Positions 57,928 through 64,000 of a DNA stretch of 64,000 nucleotides are shown here, in pieces. A model generated the notes under the pieces. It was not told the DNA's origin. It was given only the letters and a program-made list of their open reading frames with translations, and did not search any database. Source of the DNA: an uncultured delta proteobacterium (GTDB lineage Bacteria > Desulfobacterota > Binatia > UBA9968). The position numbers and the translations under genes are program-made. Each line of letters begins with the position of its first letter. The stretch's first letter is position 1. The DNA lies in contig CAVTUQ010000026.1 of NCBI GenBank assembly GCA_963737905.1, positions 192,001 through 256,000 of the forward strand, read 5' to 3'.

Positions 57928-58854
57928 GTGAATGAGGGATTGCGGGAAGCCGTATTGTCGTTGCAAAGGCGGTCTCAAGAGCACGAAAAGATCGAGCAAG
58001 AGCTTCGGGCTAGAGAGGCCCATTTTCAAAGACGTTGCGAAGATTTGGAGCGCTGCCTCAGTGAAAGGATAAGCCAGCTGGAGGAAGAAATCCGGCGGAG
58101 GCAAGCCGCCGAGGACATGCTGCGCAGCGCAAGGAAAGATGCCGAGAAAAAAGCGCAGAATAGCAAAACCCCTTCCACATGGGGAACCACGACAGCACTT
58201 TTTGCGCATGAGGTTGCGAACTCTCTCAATGGTATTTTCGCCTGTCTCCAGCTTGTCGATATGAAAGCTCCGGACCAGGGCGGTGCGGATCCTGAGCTCA
58301 AATCTTTAGTGGCATCAGCGACACAAGAAGTTAAACGGCTAGGCGCTTTGTTGAAAGAATTTCGCTCTTTCTCGCAGCCCCAAGCCTATGATTTCGAACC
58401 GACTGATTTGCGTAAAGTGATCGATGACGTTATGGCCGAAGACAAGCTGCTCTATGACTTGGCCGGAGTCCGGTTGAAGTTTGAATTCCCAAATACGTCA
58501 TTGCCTGTTACGATTGATCAAAAGAAAATAAAGCAGGCGATCCTAAGGATTTGTAAAAACGCGGTTGATGCCATGCCGTCAGGAGGTGTCCTTACATTCC
58601 GCGGCTATGAGTCTGAAGGTAGGATTTTTCTCCAGATCGGCGACACGGGGGCCGGCGTTCCCAAAGGATTGGAGGTCTTTGAGCCCTTTCAAACCACGAA
58701 ACCCCTCAGCAGTGGATTGGGACTTCCCATCGTAAGCCAAATTATCTCCGCGCATAATGGAACCATTGATTACGCGAGTGATCCCGGTAAAGGGACCACG
58801 TTCAAAATAGGGCTCCCGGCAGCGCGTGAGAATGGGGAAGGGGAGTTGCGATAG
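57928..58854 (+). CDS. Cytoplasmic histidine kinase without a sensor domain
   Basis: Coiled coil, FAHEVANSL, CKNAVDA, DTGAGV, SGLGL. Confidence 0.88.
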   Translation: MNEGLREAVLSLQRRSQEHEKIEQELRAREAHFQRRCEDLERCLSERISQLEEEIRRRQAAEDMLRSARKDAEKKAQNSKTPSTWGTTTALFAHEVANSLNGIFACLQLVDMKAPDQGGADPELKSLVASATQEVKRLGALLKEFRSFSQPQAYDFEPTDLRKVIDDVMAEDKLLYDLAGVRLKFEFPNTSLPVTIDQKKIKQAILRICKNAVDAMPSGGVLTFRGYESEGRIFLQIGDTGAGVPKGLEVFEPFQTTKPLSSGLGLPIVSQIISAHNGTIDYASDPGKGTTFKIGLPAARENGEGELR

Positions 58855-58904
58855 CTAGACAGAGGTGGTACAAGCAAACACAAATCAAACCCAGAGGTGA
58901 TTCA

Positions 58905-59465
58905 ATGAGATTATTATCTTACGGCCCTTGACCTTACGCTCACAGGACAAGGCTTGTCCTGGCGGAAAAAAAGATTCCCTATGAGCTTATCGAATGCGAT
59001 CTCAAGAACAAATCCAAGGAACTTCTCGAACGAAACCCGTACGGCAAGGTTCCCGTGCTGGTGGATGGCGACGCCGTCATCTACGAGTCGGCGGTCATCA
59101 ACGAATATCTGGAAGAGAAATATCCTGAAATCCCGCTCATGCCTAAGGACCCGCTCCGGCGCTCGCGGGCGAGGATATGGATCGATTACTGCAACACGCG
59201 GCTGCAGTACGCCGGCGGTAAAATAGCCCATGATTATGAAGTCGAAAAGTCGGCCGAGGAGCTAAAAAAATATCTAGCGGCTTTGAATAGCGAGATGGAA
59301 GGCCGGCAGTACCTTGTGGGGGACTATTCTCTGGCGGATATCACCTATATTCCGTTCTTCGTCAGAAAAGAGCGCTATAAGGCGACCATCGACAACAGTC
59401 TGCCGCACCTGAAGGCGTGGATGGATCGTCTCCTCGACCGGCCTCTGGTTCGCGCGACCCCGTAA
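58905..59465 (+). CDS. Glutathione S-transferase, candidate selenoprotein (UGA at codon 9)
   Basis: GAGGT SD; MRLLSYGP-(TGA)-PYAHRTRLVLAEKKIPY...NPYGKVPVL...ESAVINEYL...YSLADI, one continuous frame. Confidence 0.88.
58937..58964 (+). promoter_or_regulatory. Candidate bacterial SECIS hairpin
   Basis: CGC-TCA-CAGGACAA-GGC-TTGTCCTG-GCG just downstream of TGA 58929-58931; G in the apical loop 18-19 nt after UGA. Confidence 0.7.
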
Positions 59466-59482
59466 GCAGATCAGAAAATCTT

Positions 59483-60547
59483 TCAGCGTAATTTCTTGCG
59501 CGCTTCTGGCAAAAAACCGCTGTCTTCTAAGCTGCGCACAGGAGCTGGGTCGAGCACCTGACTCAGCTCCACGTGCGCGACCTTAGGGTTGATCCTCGCA
59601 ATGACTTTCTGAACGATCTTCCACGCCGCGGGGTCGGGCATCATGTCGAGAGTGGCCATGATGTTGAGAACCTTGTAGGAAGCCTCGGCATCTTCGGGCC
59701 GAGGAAAACGGAACGCCTTGCGCAGGATTTCAACGATCTCGGGCTTGGCGCTTGGGTCGTGAATCAAGACCACCGCGTCCGCCAATCCTTTGAGCAAGCG
59801 CGATACCTGATCGGGCGCGCTGGCTGCTGATTCCCGTAAATAACAGAGGGTTGTCCCCTGGTAAGGAAAGTTAAGCTTACCGATATCGGCGAGCACGTTG
59901 GCGCCTGCTCGCTTTGCCGCTTCGCTAAAGCTATAGGGGATGACGGTGGCGTCGACCCCACCGGAGCTGAGTGCCTGGGTGACCGTCGCGGTGTCGCCGA
60001 GGATGCGCATTTTAAGATCATATTTTTCCGGGTCGATGCCAAGCTGATCCAAAGAAATCATCGTCTGCAGCCAAAAGCCGCCGCCGATGCTTTGAACGCC
60101 GAAGGTCTTACCGCGCAGGTCTTCTATGGTCCGGATTTCTTTACGCGCGATCAGTTCGCGCGGAATTTTATGCACCGCCGACGCGACGCATTGAATCTTC
60201 ATGCCACCCACGGCGGCGCTGAGGGCATTGCCAGGCGAACCGTAGTTGTATTGGACTTGGCCGGAGGAGAGGGTCGCCATACTTAGAGACCCGGTGCGTA
60301 ACTGGACCAGGCGAACGTCGAGTCCGTATTTTCTGAAGGTGCCTTTCTCAATTCCTACCCACATCGGACCGACGGTTTCATTTTGACCGGCATAGGCGAC
60401 CAGGATCGGCGCAGCGGTTTGCGCCGAGGCGCTGGATAGCGACGCCAAGGTAGCGAAGATGATGGTGAGAAGGAAGACGCGGCCGAAGCTGAACGTTCCG
60501 CCACTAGAGCGATGCCGGGAAGGTAAATGATTCATGGGCTCCTCCAT
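59483..60547 (-). CDS. ABC-type substrate-binding protein (NMT1/SsuA-like)
   Basis: Signal peptide; KGTFRKYGLDV, EDLRGKTFGV. Confidence 0.9.
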   Translation of the reverse strand: MEEPMNHLPSRHRSSGGTFSFGRVFLLTIIFATLASLSSASAQTAAPILVAYAGQNETVGPMWVGIEKGTFRKYGLDVRLVQLRTGSLSMATLSSGQVQYNYGSPGNALSAAVGGMKIQCVASAVHKIPRELIARKEIRTIEDLRGKTFGVQSIGGGFWLQTMISLDQLGIDPEKYDLKMRILGDTATVTQALSSGGVDATVIPYSFSEAAKRAGANVLADIGKLNFPYQGTTLCYLRESAASAPDQVSRLLKGLADAVVLIHDPSAKPEIVEILRKAFRFPRPEDAEASYKVLNIMATLDMMPDPAAWKIVQKVIARINPKVAHVELSQVLDPAPVRSLEDSGFLPEARKKLR

Positions 60548-60573
60548 GATGATATCAAGATCAACTACATAGA

Positions 60574-61155
60574 TTAGGGCTGTGGCCTGGTCGTCGAGCC
60601 GAGACCGGAAAAATTGCTATCGCCAGGTCCGCCGGTTGGCCCACTGGGAGGTGTGATGAGCGTCACGATTCGCGTGTCAGCGATCTTCTGCTGATCGGGC
60701 GAGAGAGTTGCATAAAGCGTGCTCGCAGCGGTGCGGATATCCTCGAGTTCCTTCACGCGGATCCGAGCGCCATCGGTGATCAAGTCGATATGTTGCAAAC
60801 CGCCGATTGCCGTCCCTTCGGATACCGGGATACCTGTCCGGGCACGCTCGCGAGAAAGATCACTGGCGTAGACGCGCACCTTATCGGCAAACGATTGCCA
60901 CGCCTCTTTCTGCTGGGGTGTTAGACGAAGATCCATTTCCATAACCGCCAGGCCGTGCTCGGTTTGTTCGTAGGAATCGGGGGTGAGACGAGGAACACTG
61001 TTTCCTCGGTTTTGTGTATTTCCTCGCCCGCCTCGTGGTGTGCCGCCAAAGATGCCGCCTATGCCGCGCCCGCCGAATTGTGCAAAGCTATTCGATTCTC
61101 CGACCGCGATTACTAAACCGACGGTGATAACCAGAACCCAAGCGTTCTTAACCAT
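60574..61155 (-). CDS. Exported Spy/CpxP-like (LTXXQ) protein
   Basis: Signal peptide, Gly-rich linker, LRLTPQQKEAW and LYATLSPDQQKIAD. Confidence 0.8.
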   Translation of the reverse strand: MVKNAWVLVITVGLVIAVGESNSFAQFGGRGIGGIFGGTPRGGRGNTQNRGNSVPRLTPDSYEQTEHGLAVMEMDLRLTPQQKEAWQSFADKVRVYASDLSRERARTGIPVSEGTAIGGLQHIDLITDGARIRVKELEDIRTAASTLYATLSPDQQKIADTRIVTLITPPSGPTGGPGDSNFSGLGSTTRPQP

Positions 61156-61325
61156 AATAATTATCCTTATTGAGATGCCCGAGGTCGACGCTAACTTTTC
61201 TGATGGATTCGCACAAACTAGCGGCGGACGCTGGAACCGACCAAGGGAGACAACTGAAGACCTTTAAGTAAGACACAAAAATTCTTCTAATTATTTTGGG
61301 AGGCTAGGCGGAAAACAACCCGTTG

Positions 61326-62057
61326 TCAATAAGCAACCGCCGGCCAGGACGAGAGCAGCTTGCCGTAGCCCTTGATTGAAAACTTCGCGCCTAGCTTCGA
61401 CAGGATGTTCCAGAGCATTGCAGTGTTGCTGGAGATCACGGGGATGCCGAGAGTGTCTTCGAGCCTTTGGATGATCGGTAGGGGATCGAGGGTGGCGCCT
61501 TGGAAGTAGATGGCTTGGGTTGTCGGATTCTGCCGGTAGCTTGATTCGACTCTGCGAAAAAGCTCGTCGGAACTGATTTCGACGCCGGCTCCTGGTTTGC
61601 GCGTCTTGTCATAGGGTGGACCCGGGAATACGGTGAAGCCGAGGTCAGTCAGATGCTTCTCGATGTGGGCGTTCATATCCGCGGTGAACGGGGTGACCAG
61701 CATCACCCTCATCGCTGACAGTGCTCTCAGCGCCGCTGTAACCGATGACACTGCGCTGGTGACTGGTATGTGCACCGTCTCGGCGACTTTGGCTTCCAGG
61801 CCACGATTGAACAGGGTCACGAAGCCGCCGGTAACGATGAGTCCCTGGACTTTGTTTCGACCGACGAAGTCGGCGGCGCGAGCAGCGATCTCGTCCGTCT
61901 TGCCTTCGAGGTCCTGATAGGAGTCTTGCAGCAGGCCGAGACCTTCGTTGGTGACGGTGACTTCAGGAGGCAGCATCTGCTCCAGGCTTTTGAAGTGCGG
62001 GCGATCGGCAGTGGCCGGCGATAGGATCCCAATGTGAATGTTTTGTGGTGTAGCCAT
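61326..62057 (-). CDS. Maleate isomerase / arylmalonate decarboxylase (Asp/Glu racemase superfamily) homolog
   Basis: IPVTS, ALRAL...RVMLVTPF, LEDTLGIPVISSNTAMLW, GYGKLL. Confidence 0.85.
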   Translation of the reverse strand: MATPQNIHIGILSPATADRPHFKSLEQMLPPEVTVTNEGLGLLQDSYQDLEGKTDEIAARAADFVGRNKVQGLIVTGGFVTLFNRGLEAKVAETVHIPVTSAVSSVTAALRALSAMRVMLVTPFTADMNAHIEKHLTDLGFTVFPGPPYDKTRKPGAGVEISSDELFRRVESSYRQNPTTQAIYFQGATLDPLPIIQRLEDTLGIPVISSNTAMLWNILSKLGAKFSIKGYGKLLSSWPAVAY

Positions 62058-62178
62058 GGCTCCCCCCGCCTAAAGCAATTCTGGATTCCCGTTGCCACAG
62101 GAATGACAATGTAGAAACCCGTGTGCCCAGTCATTCTCGCAGCCGCTGCATTTCATACGACGGCCAGCGGGACCTTTA

Positions 62179-63504
62179 TCACATTTCCCGTTGTAACATT
62201 TGGGCTTCCATATTGTCGCCCTTCGAAGTCACCCGCCACATTTTTCCACCGCTGTCGTCGGCCACGAGCAATGAGCCGTCCGGCAATTCCGTCACGCCCA
62301 CCGGTCGGCCGTAGGCTTCGAATTTGCCTTCGTCAGCGATGAATCCTGTGAGGATATCTTCCATAGGGCCGGCCGGCTTTCCGTTTTCAAAGGGGACGAA
62401 CGCGACTTTGAACCCCACCATCTTCGAGCGGTTCCACGAACCGTGCATGCCGATAAAGGCGCCACCCTGGTAGCGCCGGGGAAAAGCTTTGCCGCGATAG
62501 AAAGCGAGCCCCAAGGCGGCGACGTGGGAGCCCACCGCATAGTCGGGTTTGATCGCTTTGGCTACGAGATCGGGCCGCTGGCCTTTTTTGCGCGGATCTT
62601 CATTCTGGCCAAAGTAAGAGAAAGGCCAGCCATAGAAGGCGCCTTCTTTGACGCTGGTCAAATAATCGGGGACCAGATTGTCGCCCAAGAGATCGCGCTC
62701 GTTGACGACCGTCCATAAAACATTCGTTTGCGGTTCCCAATCCATTCCAACTGGATTGCGCAGTCCCATGGCGAAGATCCGCATGCCGCTGCCGTCGGGA
62801 TTGATTTCCAGAATCCCGGCGCGGCGTTGATCCTTTTCCCAACCATTTTCCTCATCGACATTGGATGCCGAGCCCACCGCGATATAGATTTTCCGGCCGG
62901 TGCGATCGGCGATAAGGTTGCGCGTGTAGTGCCCGCCGGCGGGGAGGGCGAGAATTTTCTCTCCCTTGCCCTCGATTTTCGTTTGGCCCGTGCGGTAGGG
63001 GTAGCGTACGACTCCATCGGTGTTCGCCACGTAGAACCAGTTGCCCACGAGCACCATGCCGTGGGGCATATTGAGGCCGGTCAAGAAAACTTCACGTACA
63101 TCGGGTTTGCCGTCCTTGTTGGTATCTCTGAACAAAGTGATTCGATTCGCCGACTTCTCCGGTCGATCGGCCCGGCCGGGCCACTCGCGAGTGGCCTCAA
63201 CCACTAAGATGTCTCCGTTGGGCAAGACGTACGCCTGACGTGGATTGTCGAGATTTTCAGCGAAGAGGCTCACCTCGAAGCCGGGCGCGGCCGTCGGCAT
63301 TTTGCCTTTGGGCCAGCCGATTACCTTGGAGGTATTGCGCGCCGACGGTGTGGCGAAAGGAACGGGCAGTTGAAGTGTGTCAGAGGGACCCGTGCCCGTC
63401 GCGTATTGGCGGTTGGCAACACCGGTTTGGGTCGTGACTGCGCAGGACAAGAGGAATACCGCGGCGATTACCTGACTCATCTGAAATAGATGACGAAGTA
63501 ACAT
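62179..63504 (-). CDS. Sorbosone dehydrogenase family (PQQ-type beta-propeller) lipoprotein
   Basis: LLSC lipobox; GSASN, GLRNPVG, VNERD, YGWP, HGSWNR, GRPVGV. Confidence 0.92.
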   Translation of the reverse strand: MLLRHLFQMSQVIAAVFLLSCAVTTQTGVANRQYATGTGPSDTLQLPVPFATPSARNTSKVIGWPKGKMPTAAPGFEVSLFAENLDNPRQAYVLPNGDILVVEATREWPGRADRPEKSANRITLFRDTNKDGKPDVREVFLTGLNMPHGMVLVGNWFYVANTDGVVRYPYRTGQTKIEGKGEKILALPAGGHYTRNLIADRTGRKIYIAVGSASNVDEENGWEKDQRRAGILEINPDGSGMRIFAMGLRNPVGMDWEPQTNVLWTVVNERDLLGDNLVPDYLTSVKEGAFYGWPFSYFGQNEDPRKKGQRPDLVAKAIKPDYAVGSHVAALGLAFYRGKAFPRRYQGGAFIGMHGSWNRSKMVGFKVAFVPFENGKPAGPMEDILTGFIADEGKFEAYGRPVGVTELPDGSLLVADDSGGKMWRVTSKGDNMEAQMLQREM

Positions 63505-63653
63505 AGTGTCGCCCTCCTTTTATCGATTCTATTCGATCACGCTGGTTGGGATAACGGGCACTATATAATAACCATCAACTATCAGAAAGCCAGTTGTATA
63601 GGCCCCCGGTCCGTTCTAAGATCGCCACGCTGCTGAAAAAGACGTTTCGAATG

Positions 63654-63716
63654 ATTGAGGATCGAAGATGGAGGATAGAAGATGGCGATCATCGATCCTC
63701 TATTCTCAATCCTCCA
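63654..63716. repeat. Inverted heptamer (GAGGATx/GAAGATG) repeat cluster
   Basis: ATTGAGGATCGAAGATGGAGGATAGAAGATGG followed by complementary CGATCCTCTATTCTCAATCCTC. Confidence 0.65.
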
Positions 63717-63796
63717 TTGTTGCGGATGAAACCGCCTCTGAGTCTTTTTGAGCGGCCTGCAATTCGAATTTTCAGACACTTTTGGAGGAGGTGGGA

Positions 63797-64000
63797 ATGC
63801 TCTATCGCGACTTGCGTGGTTGGCTTGATGGGGTCGAATCATTCGGCGAACTCAGGATGGTGGAGGGCGCCGACTGGAATCAAGAGATCGGTGCTGTTGC
63901 TGAAGTCGCGGCACGCTCGGAGCCGCCACCGGCAGTGCTGTTCGACAAAATCAAAGATTATCCCGCTGGCCGGCGTGTCTTGACCGGCATTCACAATCCC
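63797..64000 (+). CDS. UbiD-family decarboxylase, N-terminus, truncated by window edge
   Basis: GGAGGAGG SD; my translation MLYRDLRGWLDGVESFGELRMVEGADWNQEIGAV...PAVLFDKIKDYP; not in the ORF track. Confidence 0.85.
   Translation, partial: MLYRDLRGWLDGVESFGELRMVEGADWNQEIGAVAEVAARSEPPPAVLFDKIKDYPAGRRVLTGIHNP

Noticed and set aside
58954-59226. Alternative-frame ORF suggesting the GST is frameshifted
   Set aside because: The GST N-terminus is in the same frame as 59055-59465; only the TGA interrupts it.
63594-63983. 129-aa ORF with IEDRRWRIED repeats
   Set aside because: Translation of an intergenic heptamer repeat; overlaps the real UbiD start in another frame.

Overview
Bacterial chromosomal window. 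The gene inventory and the dispersed short repeats resemble soil Candidatus Binatia-type genomes; this is inference only. Layout: (1) 1-10.7 kb, the end of an NRPS cluster: two docked NRPS genes, one Lys2-like A domain lacking the amino-binding Asp, one A domain with a beta-alanine-type code, a terminal C domain instead of a TE, then a secreted alpha/beta hydrolase and a small basic protein. (2) 10.7-22.5 kb, a rearranged zone with IS630, degraded IS110 and IS3-like elements, an adenylate cyclase-AAA-TPR gene and what looks like a duplicated 'sigma54 activator / divergent small secreted protein' unit. (3) 22.5-34.8 kb, a sigma54-controlled block: two DUF1329-like proteins, an orphan substrate-binding protein, a Cache-HAMP-GAF-GAF kinase, an NtrC-type regulator, an MtrC/OmcA-like decaheme cytochrome without mtrAB, and a monoheme cytochrome. 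(4) 34.8-39 kb, a ketopantoate-reductase homolog, small hypothetical genes and a candidate structured RNA. (5) 39-53.4 kb, a catabolic cluster: 2 nitroreductases, 2 hydantoinase B, 1 hydantoinase A, 2 atypical M24 proteins, a ThDP enzyme and binding proteins. (6) 53.5-64 kb, ligD / ku / MerR-TPR, a kinase, a glutathione S-transferase whose catalytic Cys codon is an in-frame TGA followed by a SECIS-like hairpin (candidate selenoprotein missed by the ORF track), binding proteins, a Cys-free maleate-isomerase homolog, a sorbosone dehydrogenase and the start of a UbiD gene. Many single-base frameshifts suggest residual sequencing or assembly errors. No rRNA, tRNA or CRISPR array was seen. All calls are by eye, without database searches.
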